Position numbers and translations under genes: made by a program
Part shown: piece by piece, positions 10,135-20,129 of the stretch
How positions within the stretch are numbered: the first letter of the stretch is position 1
Layout of the letters: every line of letters starts with the position of its first letter
Source: Candidatus Sericytochromatia bacterium
GTDB lineage: Bacteria > Cyanobacteriota > Sericytochromatia > S15B-MN24 > UBA4093
DNA: 64,000 nucleotides
Reading direction: 5' to 3'
Assembly: GCA_036676985.1 (NCBI GenBank)
Contig: JAKFBU010000028.1
Location: forward strand, 1 to 64,000
Notes under the pieces: model-generated
What the model was told of the DNA's origin: nothing
The model's database searches: none
What the model saw: the letters and a program-made list of their open reading frames with translations, nothing else

Positions 10135-12307
10135 GAGCGGACGCGTCGCACGGACGCCCCTCCGCTTCCAGATCGAGCCCGTCGAGTGCGGCGCGGTCGC
10201 CCTCGGCATCGTGCTCGCCCACTTCGGTCGGCGCGTCCCGCCCGCCGAGTTGCGGGCCGAGTGCGGCGTGGCTCGCTTCGGCAGTAGTGCTGCGGCCATG
10301 ATCAAGGCCGCTCGGCGCTACGGCCTGATGGCCAAGGCCTTCGCCAAGGATGCCCCCCGCTTGCGCGAGCTGCCCTTCCCGCAGGTGGTGTTCTGGAACT
10401 TCACCCACTTCCTGGTGCTCGAGGGCATGGACGACCAGCGGGTCTACGTCAACGACCCGGCCCGCGGTCACCGTCAGCTCAGCCATGCCGAGTTCGCCCA
10501 GGGCTACACGGGGCTCGTGATCCTCCTGCGCCCGGGGCCCGAGTTCCGGAAGGGCGGCCCCGCCTTCGGGCTGCTCGCGCCCATCCTCGAGCGGCTCCGG
10601 AGCTCGCGACGGGCCCTGCTCTTCCTGGTGCTCATCAGCACCCTGCTGGTCGTCCCGGGGCTGGCCGTCCCGCTGGCCACGCGCATCTTCGTCGACCACA
10701 TCCTCCTGCAGCAACGCCAGGAGTGGGTCAATCCGCTCCTGCTCGGGATGCTCGCCATCGCGTTGCTCAGGGGCGTGCTCTCCCAGCTGCGCCTGTACTA
10801 CCTGAACCGACTGAGGACCAAGCTCTCGGCCCGCATGTCCCAGGGGTTCTTCAAGCACCTGCTGCAGCTGCCCCTGTCCTACTACGCGCAGCGCTTCCCG
10901 GGAGCGATCGCCATCCGCTTCCAGATCAACGGCCGGCTCGCAAACCTTCTCTCAGGGCGCCTCGCGACCACGGCCATCGACCTGCTCATGATCGTCTTCT
11001 ACGGCGCCATGATGATGGTCTACGACCACATGCTCGCGACCATCGTCTTTCTCGCGGGTGGCCTGAACCTGCTCGTCCTGTACCTGATGGGCAAGCTGCG
11101 CGTGACGGCCAACATGCGCGTCGCCCAGGAGCAGGGCGAGCTCTCGGGTATCGCCCTGGCGGGCCTGCAGGCCATCGAGACCATGAAGGCCTCGGGCGGC
11201 GAGGCCGAGTTCTTCGATCGCTGGTCGGGGCACCAGGCCCGGCACCTCAAGGCCACCCAGCGGGTGGCCGCCCTGGAGACCACGCTCAACCTGATCCCCA
11301 GCCTCCTCTCCTCGCTGGCCACGGCCGCCATCGTCGTGCTGGGCGGGGCTCGCGTGATGGAAGGCCACCTGACCCTGGGCATCCTCGCCGCCTTCCAGAC
11401 GATGATCGGCTCGTTCCTCGGGCCCATCAACAGCCTGGCGAGCATGGGGGCCTCCATGCAGGCCATGCTCTCGGACCTGGCCCAGCTCGAGGACGTCCTG
11501 GCGGAGCCCGCCGACGAATCGGGCAAGGGGGCCCGGCCCGACGAGTTCGACGCCAAGAGCCTGCGGGGAGCCCTGACGGTTTCCGACCTCTCCTTCGGCT
11601 ACCTGCCCGCCGAGCCCCCCATGCTCAAGGGCGTTTCCCTGCAGGTGGCGCCCGGGCAGCGCGCGGCCGTCGTGGGAGCGTCCGGCTCCGGCAAGTCCAC
11701 GCTCACGCGGCTCATCGCCGGCCTCGACACCCCCTGGGACGGGGAGATCCGCTTCGACGGCCGGCCGCGCGAGCAGATCCCCGAGGCCGTGCTCGCGCGC
11801 TCGATCGCGCTAGTGGACGAGGACGTCAGGCTGTTCACGGGGACGGTGCGGGACAACCTCACGCTCTGGGACAAGCAGGTCCCGGAGGCCGACCTCTTGC
11901 GCGCGCTCGAGGATGCCGCCTTGCTCGAAGACGTCCTGGCCCTGCCCAAGGGCCTCGACGCGTGGCTCATCGAGGGGGGAATGAACCTCTCGGGCGGACA
12001 GCGCCAGCGACTGGACATCGCGCGGGCCCTGGTGCACTCTCCGGCCGTCCTGATCCTGGACGAGGCCTTCAGCGCCCTCGACGCGGACACCGAGCGCCGC
12101 ATCGACCGCAACCTGCGCGCCCGTGGCTGCACCTGCCTGATCGTGGCTCACCGTCTGAGCACGCTGCGCGACTGCGACCGGATCGTCGTGCTGGACCAGG
12201 GCCAGGTGGTCGAGACGGGGACGCACAATGAGCTGGTGGCCCGAGGAGGCCTCTACGCGGAGTTGATGGCCGCCGAGCAGCCGACCGGTGAGGTGGCGTA
12301 TGCCTGA
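10121..12307 (+). CDS. NHLP export ABC transporter, C39 peptidase/permease/ATPase (TIGR03796-like)
   Basis: Q.E.VECGA, WNFTHF, NDPA peptidase residues; GASGSGKST, LSGGQ, LDEA, AHRLST. Confidence 0.92.
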   Translation: MPSTRSGRVARTPLRFQIEPVECGAVALGIVLAHFGRRVPPAELRAECGVARFGSSAAAMIKAARRYGLMAKAFAKDAPRLRELPFPQVVFWNFTHFLVLEGMDDQRVYVNDPARGHRQLSHAEFAQGYTGLVILLRPGPEFRKGGPAFGLLAPILERLRSSRRALLFLVLISTLLVVPGLAVPLATRIFVDHILLQQRQEWVNPLLLGMLAIALLRGVLSQLRLYYLNRLRTKLSARMSQGFFKHLLQLPLSYYAQRFPGAIAIRFQINGRLANLLSGRLATTAIDLLMIVFYGAMMMVYDHMLATIVFLAGGLNLLVLYLMGKLRVTANMRVAQEQGELSGIALAGLQAIETMKASGGEAEFFDRWSGHQARHLKATQRVAALETTLNLIPSLLSSLATAAIVVLGGARVMEGHLTLGILAAFQTMIGSFLGPINSLASMGASMQAMLSDLAQLEDVLAEPADESGKGARPDEFDAKSLRGALTVSDLSFGYLPAEPPMLKGVSLQVAPGQRAAVVGASGSGKSTLTRLIAGLDTPWDGEIRFDGRPREQIPEAVLARSIALVDEDVRLFTGTVRDNLTLWDKQVPEADLLRALEDAALLEDVLALPKGLDAWLIEGGMNLSGGQRQRLDIARALVHSPAVLILDEAFSALDADTERRIDRNLRARGCTCLIVAHRLSTLRDCDRIVVLDQGQVVETGTHNELVARGGLYAELMAAEQPTGEVAYA

Positions 12308-15107
12308 GGCGCTCACCACGCTTGTGGCCAATCGGCCGCTCCTCCTGGCGGACCTCCCGTGCGATGCCCGCATCGTGCAGGGAGAGGTCGGCGTGTTCGC
12401 GCTGGACGGGGACTCGCTCGAGGACGCCGTTCGGCATCCGCTGTTCACCTTGGGGCCTGGCGACGTGCTGGCCAGCGTCCCCCGGGACAGTGGGGCGCTC
12501 GCCTTGCTGGCGGTGCCCTTCGGACCGGCCGAGATCCGGACCATCCCGGCGGACGAGGAAGCGGCGGCCCTCCAGGGTTGGGCCCGACAGCTCACCGCGC
12601 TCGGGGACGAACCGGCCGCTGACGTACCGATCGCCGAGGCGGGCCGCATCGTCCTGGAGCCCGGCCAGACGATCCGGCTCCCGGACGACGGTTGGATCCA
12701 GGTCCTGGCGGGGTCCGTCCACTGGATGGCGCAGCCGGATCTCAGGTTGATGCCCGAGCTGGACCTGTTGCCGATCGGCGCCGGCACCTGGCTGGAGGCG
12801 GCAGAGCCTTCGGAACTGCTGTTGCTGGGGCCAGGCGCCGACCCCACCGAGGCCCAGCTCCAGGCGGGCCGCGTTGCGCTCGCCGCCCTTTCTCGCCCCC
12901 TGATCACGGCCTTTGTCTTCGCGCAAAAGCGCCAGGCTTCCGAGCGTGTCCGCGCCTGGATGGAGGCGGACACCCAGGCGCTCGAGGCCGCGCACGGCAA
13001 CCTCGCGGCCATCCTCGCCCCGGACACCGAGGGCATCCCCGGCGGAAACCCCCTGTTCGCCGCCATGACGGTCATCGGCGGAACGGCCGGCATCACCTTC
13101 CGCAAGGCCCCCCCGGGCGGGAACGGGTTCAAGGATCCGCTGCAGGCGATCGCCCGCGCCTCGCACGTCCGGTATCGCTTCGTACGCCTCGAAGGCGACT
13201 GGTGGCGCCGGGACAACGGCCCCCTGCTGGCCTTCGACGCGGAAGCCCATGCCCCCATCGCCCTGTTGCCCCATGGCGCCGCGCGCTACCGGTACGTGGA
13301 CCCGACGCGGCGCGCCACGGGACGGGTCGATGCGGCCATGGCCGAGAGCCTGCGGCCCGAGGCCGTCATGTTCTATCGCCCCTTTCCGGATGCCAAGCTG
13401 TCGGTGCGGGACCTGCTCGACTTCGCCTGGCGCCTGATCCGGGCGGACGCCCGGGTCATCGTGGCCGTCGCGGTCCTCTCGGCGCTGCTCGGCATCGCCA
13501 TCCCGCAGACGATCTACTGGCTGATGACGACGAGCATCCCGAGCGGCGATCGCACCCTGCTCCTGGAGCTCGGCCTCGCGCTCTTCATGGTGTCGGCGGT
13601 CATGCCCATCTTGCGGCTGGTCCAGGACTTCGCCGTCCTGCGGGCCGAGGCCCGGGCAGAGTCGGCGCTCGAGGCCGCCCTCTGGGATCGGGTGCTCGGG
13701 GCCCGGCTCTCCTTCTTCCGCACCAAGCCGTCCGGCGAGATCGCGCAACGCATGGGCACGATCGGCCAGTTGCGCCGCATGCTGGCGGGTACCACCGTGC
13801 AGAGCATCGTCAGCGGCGTCTTCTCCGTGACGTTCCTGGCCCAGCTCTTCCTCTACAACGTGCCGATGGCACTCGCGGGCCTCGGGGTGGGCGTGATCCT
13901 GGTGGCCTACATGGCGGTCTCGGCCAAGCTCTCCATCCGCGAGCGACAGCGCGTCTCCCGTCCGGCTGCCAACACGCAGGCCCAGGTCATCGAGATGATC
14001 GACGGCCTGGCCAAGATCCGCGGGGCCAAGGCCGAGTCCCGTGCCTTCGCCAACGCCGTCCAGTCCTACGCGCTGCGCGAGCGCGAGGACTTCCTCGCCC
14101 AGGCCTTCCAGGACCGGATGAGCCTGTTCATCGACGTCCTGCCCATTCTCTCGACGGCCCTGTTCTACGTTGGCTTCGCCGCGGAGGCCGACCTGCCGGG
14201 GAGTGCCTCCCAGATCGGGGCCTTCATCGCCTTCAGCGCAGCCTTCAGCGGGTTCCTCAACGGCGCCCAGGGCATGGGCAACGCGGTCGCGACGCTCATC
14301 AACTCCGAGCACCGGTGGAACAAGCTCAAGAACCTCCTCGACGCTCCTTTGGAGACCAAGCGCGACGGCACGGACCCCGGTCCACTCGAGGGCAGCCTCT
14401 CTCTCCGGCACGTGTCGTTCCGCTATGACGCCCAGACCTCCTACGTCCTGCGCGACCTGTCGTGCGAGATCGCCCCGGGAGAGTTCGTGGCCGTCGTCGG
14501 TGGCTCGGGCTCCGGGAAGTCCACCCTCCTGCGCCTCCTGCTGGGGTTCGAGCACGCCGAGTCGGGCAAGATCTACCTGGACGGCAACGACCTGGCGGGT
14601 CTCGACCTCCTGGCCGTCCGGCGCCAGATCGGGACGGTGCTACAACACGGGCGCCTCTCCAAGGGAGCGCTCTACGAGGCGATCGCAGGCGGCCGTCCCC
14701 TCAGCCACGCCGAGGCGCGGGCGGCGGCCGAGGCGGCCGGTCTCGCCGATGACATCGCCGCCATGCCGCTCGGCCTCTACACGACCCTCAACGAGGGCGG
14801 CAGCAACCTGTCGGCCGGACAGCGCCAGCGGGTCTTCATCGCGCGCGCTCTGGCCCAGCGCCCGAGCATCCTGCTCCTCGACGAGGCGACCAGCGCCCTC
14901 GATGGCAAGACGCAGGCCCTCATTTCCGAGCGGCTGCGCGCCCTCGACTGTACGCGCGTGGTCGTGGCGAACCGACTGAGCACGGTCCGTCATGCCGACC
15001 GCATCCTCGTCCTCGAAGGCGGCAGCATCGTGGAGTCGGGCACCTTCGAGGCCCTGGTCGCGCAGGGGGGCGTCTTCTGCCGGCTCATGGAGAGCCAGCT
15101 CTCATGA
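12300..15107 (+). CDS. NHLP export ABC transporter permease/ATPase (TIGR03797-like)
   Basis: WWRRDNGPLLAF, FYRPFP, GGSGSGKST, LSAGQ, LDEATSALD. Confidence 0.9.
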   Translation: MPEALTTLVANRPLLLADLPCDARIVQGEVGVFALDGDSLEDAVRHPLFTLGPGDVLASVPRDSGALALLAVPFGPAEIRTIPADEEAAALQGWARQLTALGDEPAADVPIAEAGRIVLEPGQTIRLPDDGWIQVLAGSVHWMAQPDLRLMPELDLLPIGAGTWLEAAEPSELLLLGPGADPTEAQLQAGRVALAALSRPLITAFVFAQKRQASERVRAWMEADTQALEAAHGNLAAILAPDTEGIPGGNPLFAAMTVIGGTAGITFRKAPPGGNGFKDPLQAIARASHVRYRFVRLEGDWWRRDNGPLLAFDAEAHAPIALLPHGAARYRYVDPTRRATGRVDAAMAESLRPEAVMFYRPFPDAKLSVRDLLDFAWRLIRADARVIVAVAVLSALLGIAIPQTIYWLMTTSIPSGDRTLLLELGLALFMVSAVMPILRLVQDFAVLRAEARAESALEAALWDRVLGARLSFFRTKPSGEIAQRMGTIGQLRRMLAGTTVQSIVSGVFSVTFLAQLFLYNVPMALAGLGVGVILVAYMAVSAKLSIRERQRVSRPAANTQAQVIEMIDGLAKIRGAKAESRAFANAVQSYALREREDFLAQAFQDRMSLFIDVLPILSTALFYVGFAAEADLPGSASQIGAFIAFSAAFSGFLNGAQGMGNAVATLINSEHRWNKLKNLLDAPLETKRDGTDPGPLEGSLSLRHVSFRYDAQTSYVLRDLSCEIAPGEFVAVVGGSGSGKSTLLRLLLGFEHAESGKIYLDGNDLAGLDLLAVRRQIGTVLQHGRLSKGALYEAIAGGRPLSHAEARAAAEAAGLADDIAAMPLGLYTTLNEGGSNLSAGQRQRVFIARALAQRPSILLLDEATSALDGKTQALISERLRALDCTRVVVANRLSTVRHADRILVLEGGSIVESGTFEALVAQGGVFCRLMESQLS

Positions 15108-16423
15108 GGCGCTCCGTGCTCGTCCTGACCGTGCTCGCGCTCCTCTGGGGCGTCCCGGCCCGTGCCCAGGCCGTGCTGACGCTCGATGTGGCGATCGCCC
15201 AGGCCCGTGCGTTCAGCCCCCTCTTGCGTGCCAGCCGGATCGGGCTCGACCAGGCCGATGCGGCCCGTCGAGGGGCTGAAGCCGACCGGTGGCCGGCCGT
15301 CAACCTCTCGAGCAGCCTGAGCCGGGCGGGCCAGGGCAGCGGGATCGTGACGGGCGGCAACGCCTGGAACACCAAGCTCGCGCTCACGCAGCCCGTCTTC
15401 GACGCATGGCGGGTCGACGACGCGCTGGATCAGGCCGCGATCGCCCGCGAGAAGGCGTCCTTCGAGCTGGCGAGCGCGGATCTGGATCTGCAGTACGAGG
15501 TGGCGCGGGCCTACTTCGACGTCCTCCGCACCCGCGCGCTCGAGCAGGCGGCGACCTTCGACACGACCCAGGCCCAGGCCCAGGTCGACCTGGCCAGGAC
15601 GCGCATGCGCCTGAAAGTGGGCACGCAGCTCGACGTCCTGCAGGCCCAGTCCGTGCTCGCGAGCGCGCGCGACCGCCACCTGCAGAGCCAGACGGCCGTG
15701 ACCACCGCCCTCCTGCGGCTCGAGACGGATCTCGGCGTTCCCGTGCAGTTGCCTTTGGCGGAGCCCGCACCGCTCGCCGTTGTTCCCGATGGCCCTCCTG
15801 CCAGCCCGTCGGTCGCTCTCGCCGGCCGACCGGACCTGCTGGCCCTCGAGGCGGCTCGGCGCGCGCAAGAGGTCACGGCGCGCCAGCGATCGCGAGGGAT
15901 GACGCCGAGCTTTGATGCGGGCGGCAACGTGGAGCAGACGCTCGCGGGCGCCACGAACCTCACGGTGATCGGCACGCTCACGTGGAAGCTCCTGGACTCC
16001 GGCCGACAATCGGCCCAGGTCGACCAGGCGCGCCTGGAGGCCGACCGGGCGGCGGCCATCCTGCAGGCCCGGCAGCAGGCGGCGCTACTCGACGTTGCGA
16101 GCGCCCGCGTGGCGCTGCGCAGCAGCGAGGAGCGGATCCGGCTGACGCAGGGCCAGCTCGCGACGGCCCAGGAGGCCTTGCACCTGGCGAAGCTTCGCTT
16201 CGAAGGGGGCGTCGGGACGAGCCTGGAAGTCATCCAGGCGCTCACGGCGCTCAACCAGGCGCAGACGGCCGCGATCGCCGCCCGCTTCGATCGGGCGGCG
16301 GCCGTCCTGAAGCTGGGTCAGGTCAAGGCGATTCCCGTTGCGGTGCTGCTGGATTCCGCGCGCGCCGATCGGAGCTCCGAAATAGGGGCAAGCCCCGAAA
16401 AGACTCGAGCTGCCGACAGGTAA
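15104..16423 (+). CDS. TolC family outer-membrane efflux protein
   Basis: Signal peptide; two OEP repeats (LTQPVFD, VARAYFDVL, RFEGGVGTSLEV). Confidence 0.88.
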   Translation: MRRSVLVLTVLALLWGVPARAQAVLTLDVAIAQARAFSPLLRASRIGLDQADAARRGAEADRWPAVNLSSSLSRAGQGSGIVTGGNAWNTKLALTQPVFDAWRVDDALDQAAIAREKASFELASADLDLQYEVARAYFDVLRTRALEQAATFDTTQAQAQVDLARTRMRLKVGTQLDVLQAQSVLASARDRHLQSQTAVTTALLRLETDLGVPVQLPLAEPAPLAVVPDGPPASPSVALAGRPDLLALEAARRAQEVTARQRSRGMTPSFDAGGNVEQTLAGATNLTVIGTLTWKLLDSGRQSAQVDQARLEADRAAAILQARQQAALLDVASARVALRSSEERIRLTQGQLATAQEALHLAKLRFEGGVGTSLEVIQALTALNQAQTAAIAARFDRAAAVLKLGQVKAIPVAVLLDSARADRSSEIGASPEKTRAADR

Positions 16424-16703
16424 ATGGTGCCGTTCGGCGCGATCGCCAGCGGCGTCGGCAATCCTAACCCGCCGCTCAGGGCGTTGCCGTCCCCCGGTTT
16501 CGCGAGGTTCCAGCAGCCTTTCGTCCAAGGAGCAACCGTCACTGTCTGCTCGCTTTTTCGACGCCGGCGGGTTCAGTCCCGATTTCCCGCCTTGGAACGA
16601 CAAACATTAGAATCTGCCCATGACACCGTCCTCACGCAAGGCGGTGCCTCGGGTGTCCGATGAGTAGCTTGAAGGTTAACGTGACAACAAGCGGAGTTTA
16701 TAT

Positions 16704-17117
16704 ATGCTTAAGCAACTGCTCGTATTGGGCCTGACGCTCACGATGGTGGGCTGTGGCGTGGATAACCGGTTGGCGGCGTCGACCGCAACGGTGACTAGCA
16801 AGGCGATCGCTCAGCAGCGGACTACCGAGCCCATCGGGCCCACGGATATCCAGGGTGAGCTCGTCAAGTTCGAGAAGGGCACGAGCGAGCACCGTTTCAC
16901 GGTTCGCCTCGAGGACAGCTCAACGACGATCCAGGTCCTCGTTCCAGCGACTATCACGATGCGGGTCGTCCGTGGCCAGTTCGTCGGCACGGGCAACGGC
17001 TTGCCCCTCTCATTCCTATACGACGGCGCCTACGTCCGCCTCAACCTCGCCTCACCGAAGGGCAATCCGCTGCGGGCTCGTGATGTCTACTGGGACATGA
17101 CCGGTATTCCCATTTAA
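16704..17117 (+). CDS. Hypothetical lipoprotein, small beta/OB-like fold
   Basis: MVGC lipobox; GGAG RBS. Confidence 0.7.
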   Translation: MLKQLLVLGLTLTMVGCGVDNRLAASTATVTSKAIAQQRTTEPIGPTDIQGELVKFEKGTSEHRFTVRLEDSSTTIQVLVPATITMRVVRGQFVGTGNGLPLSFLYDGAYVRLNLASPKGNPLRARDVYWDMTGIPI

Positions 17118-17224
17118 TCCAGCAGCTTCATACTGACGTGGTCCCATGATTTATGGTCTGAGGAGAAATTGAAGGTCCCGTAACTTGCTAAATTAGTTCA
17201 AGACTCTACGTGCGCGCTACTCGT

Positions 17225-17258
17225 CCCCCGCCTGCATTTGAGGCGGGGGCTGTTTTTT
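17225..17258 (+). terminator. Intrinsic terminator
   Basis: CCCCCGCCT-7-AGGCGGGGG followed by T run. Confidence 0.6.
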
Positions 17259-17329
17259 CTCCGAAACAGTGGGGGGCCTCGGAGTGGCTCGAGCTTGTGC
17301 TGACCCGAGGTTCAGGGGGATGTCAATAT

Positions 17330-18676
17330 TGCATGCTTCACGGCCAGGGCCGTGTAAGTCGCGCCATCGGCTTTACGGGTACTGCCGAGGTGAGGGCTGC
17401 CCTGGGCTTGGCCTGGGGCGACCCGGGCATCCCGAATAGCTGCTTCAGCGACTTCCAGGCCAGGCTCCTGAAGTACGACCCTGAGTGCGAGGCGTTCAAC
17501 CAGATGCTGTTGAGCCAGGGTCTTATCAAGAAGCGTGAGGCGCTGATCGTGGACGCCAGCCACATGGAGGCCAACGCCGCGGCGCACAACCCGAGGGTGC
17601 TGATCCGAAAGGCTACCCAGGCCATCCTCCGTCAGGTCCGCAAGGAGCGGCGCCATCTCTACGACGACTTGGCCAAGGCCATCGATCTCACCCCCGAGAC
17701 CAAGTTCTCGAGTGGACCCGAGTATTTCCTGTTGCCCGAGGCAGAGCGGAACGAACGCTTCAGCAAGGCCGTGACCGAGGCGCGCACGGTGATCGAGAAA
17801 CTGGAGCGTAAGAAGGTGAGTCCGGCCATCCGGAGTCAGGTCGAGCTCTTGAAGGTCATCCTGGATGAACGCTCGACCGACGAGGACGAGCCTATCGATC
17901 CGGACGACGCCCCACCCGACCGGGTCACCAGCCACCGGGATCCGGACGCGCGTTGGGGAGCCAAGGGAAAGGACAAGTACTTCCACGGATACAAGCGCAC
18001 GATCCTGACCACCAAGGACCACGGTTTCATCGCTAACGTGGACGTGGTAGCGGGCAACGCCACCGACAGCACACCGTTTGAAGCGATGCTCGAGGACAGC
18101 CAGGAGGTGTTCGGGCTCGAACCCGAGAAGGTCATTGGCGACGCGGCCTACGGGAGCCTGGCCAACCACCGCAAGCTCAAGGTCATGGGCATCCAGATGG
18201 TGGCCTCCCTCAAGCCCGCCCCCAATCCCAAGGGGCGCTTCTCGCGGAATCGCTTCAGCTACGATGCCGACAAGAAGTCGCTCTCGTGCCCCGGCGGCCA
18301 GACCACGCGAGAAGCCTATCCCAGCGCTGACGGCGAGGGGTTGACCTACCGATTCGCGGCCCACCAGTGTGGCCCCTGCAAGCACCGGGACGAGTGTACG
18401 CGGGGCGACTTCCGGAGCGTGAAGGTTGGCGAGACAGTGAAGGACATGGACGCCGCCATCGCCTACGGCAAGACCGACGACTACAAGGCGGACATGAAGG
18501 CCCGACCGGTGATCGAGGGAAAGCATTCCGAACTCGTGCGCTATCACGGCGGCCGGCGAACGCCCTACTGGACACTGTAACGAGTCTTTGCCGGAGAAGT
18601 CTGGCGCTGCCTGGTGGTGAACATCAAGCGGTGGGCGAAAGTAACGGCAAATAGCCCAATTCCGGCCGCCATATAG
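17330..18676 (+). pseudogene. IS1182-family transposase, 5'-degenerate with premature stop
   Basis: IVDASHMEANA, DPDARWG.K, GYK, GDAAYG, CPGG/C..C..R..C, R..IEGK; TAA at 18578-18580 followed in frame by RVFAGEVWRCLVVNIKRW...stop at 18676. Confidence 0.85.
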
Positions 18677-18910
18677 AGCGAAAGGGACGCTATCGCGCCC
18701 CTTTCCAGCGATCTATTCGGTTATCGATGCGACGGATCGCTTTGCGTCGCTCGGCCGCCTTTCGAGCGGTCAGCCGTTTTCGGCTATTACCAAAGCGGGA
18801 GGGGCGCCACGGCGCCCCTCCCCAACAATCTATTCGGTTATCGATGCGGTGGATCGCTCATCGCCGCTTGGCCGCCTACCAAGCTATCGGCCGTTTTCGG
18901 CTACTACCTT
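18677..18910 (+). repeat. Two tandem 117-bp imperfect repeats, each with four hairpins
   Basis: Copies 18677-18793 and 18794-18910 share ATCTATTCGGTTATCGATGCG and GCCGTTTTCGGCTA; stem differences are compensatory. Confidence 0.85.
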
Positions 18911-19019
18911 TACGGGCACCCGAGAGCACATAAGCCCTAAACTTCGCTACTTGGCAGGGGCTAAATCGCAAGAGTAATACGCGATCAAATCATTCTTCTC
19001 CGAACTTAGAAATCGAAAT

Positions 19020-20087
19020 TCATATTTTTGAATTCATGTTGGAGTTGATTTCTTTTAGTGCGGCAATAGTATCAATTCCAAGCCGCTTTAGTGACTCAAA
19101 TTCATCCTGCGATAAATAGGAGTCGATCTCATGTAGCTCTCGGTTAATTAATGGTGATAGCTGGCCAATCGCATCTTTTACGGAATTTGGTATTATGCCT
19201 GCATTGTTCAAGTGTCGAGAAAGTTGCCCGAGAGAAACGACCCGTGTGTTGGAAAACAATGCCGAGGCAGTTGCAAGCGAGCGCAACTCTGACTCAAGGC
19301 GAATCCGGATCAAGAGCAAAGCACTCTTGATGTCAAAATTATATATTTGAAATTCTTTTTGGATAAGTATTGATGGTCCGTATTTACTTTCAAGTTCAAC
19401 AGCTGATTCAAGTGCTGCTTTGTATGAGAAAGGCTCCCTAAAAAGGCGAATCTGACGAAATAATGTGCTTGATGAAGTAAATATCGATGCAGCTGCAATT
19501 GCTATTGAGGATATTGTAAAAAAGTCGAATACGTTTTTGTTTTGTTGCATGGGTCTTGAAAGCATTATGCTTTTTATGCCTGATAGTCTGCCGTTAATTG
19601 AAACTGGATCGTCGGATGGATTGTTTACGATAAAGCTCTTAAAAGAAAACCAATCTCCGGGATTTAAGAGTAGGGGTTGTAGCTCAAGTCGGTTTCCGTG
19701 CGAAAGATATAGTTTTGGGGAGAGATCTTTTGGACTCTTCTCGTTGACCACAGGTGGTTCCGGAAGCTGTCCAGAAAAATTGAAGACCAATGGGGCATCG
19801 AAGTCGGAACGATGGATTGGTTGGTTGCCATCATTTTTTACAACAAGCTGTAATGCAGTTAGCGACGATATCGTAGCGTCACCATACGTGATTCGAAGTC
19901 TTGAGATGTCGGTATTTCCAGCGATAATTGGAACCTCAGAGGCGAGAGAAATACTAAGTGAGCGCTTGTCTTGGCCGAGATAGAAAAAATAAAGTGAAAT
20001 GAATACTGACGGCACGATTGCTAGGACAATAGGCCACCAATTTTTTTTAAGAAATTCGATAAATTTTTCCACTTTTAGACCTACCAT
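19020..20087 (-). CDS. Membrane protein with C-terminal HEPN-like helical domain
   Basis: TM near residues 17-37 and 190-210; LLIRIRLESELRSL...L..L...GII...AI..L..LINRELH pattern. Confidence 0.6.
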   Translation of the reverse strand: MVGLKVEKFIEFLKKNWWPIVLAIVPSVFISLYFFYLGQDKRSLSISLASEVPIIAGNTDISRLRITYGDATISSLTALQLVVKNDGNQPIHRSDFDAPLVFNFSGQLPEPPVVNEKSPKDLSPKLYLSHGNRLELQPLLLNPGDWFSFKSFIVNNPSDDPVSINGRLSGIKSIMLSRPMQQNKNVFDFFTISSIAIAAASIFTSSSTLFRQIRLFREPFSYKAALESAVELESKYGPSILIQKEFQIYNFDIKSALLLIRIRLESELRSLATASALFSNTRVVSLGQLSRHLNNAGIIPNSVKDAIGQLSPLINRELHEIDSYLSQDEFESLKRLGIDTIAALKEINSNMNSKI

Positions 20088-20129
20088 GAATTCATGCCTG
20101 GGGTTTAGCCAGGGAGTGTTATATCCGAG

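Larger units (their letters stand above)
17330..18963 (+). mobile_element. Decayed IS1182-family insertion sequence; left end not identified
   Basis: DDE transposase remnant, long 3' non-coding region, possible right end TACTTGGCAGGGGCTA where GC content drops. Confidence 0.7.

Noticed and set aside
17160-17260. tRNA 3' end or att site
   Set aside because: No T-loop GTTCRA with matching stem or CCA, and no duplicate in the window; explained as a terminator.
17210-17330. True N-terminus of the transposase ORF
   Set aside because: Reads through a terminator hairpin with no transposase-like residues.
18677-18910. CRISPR or omega-RNA of an IS200/605 element
   Set aside because: Only two units without spacers; the adjacent transposase is DDE-type and there is no TnpB or IscB.
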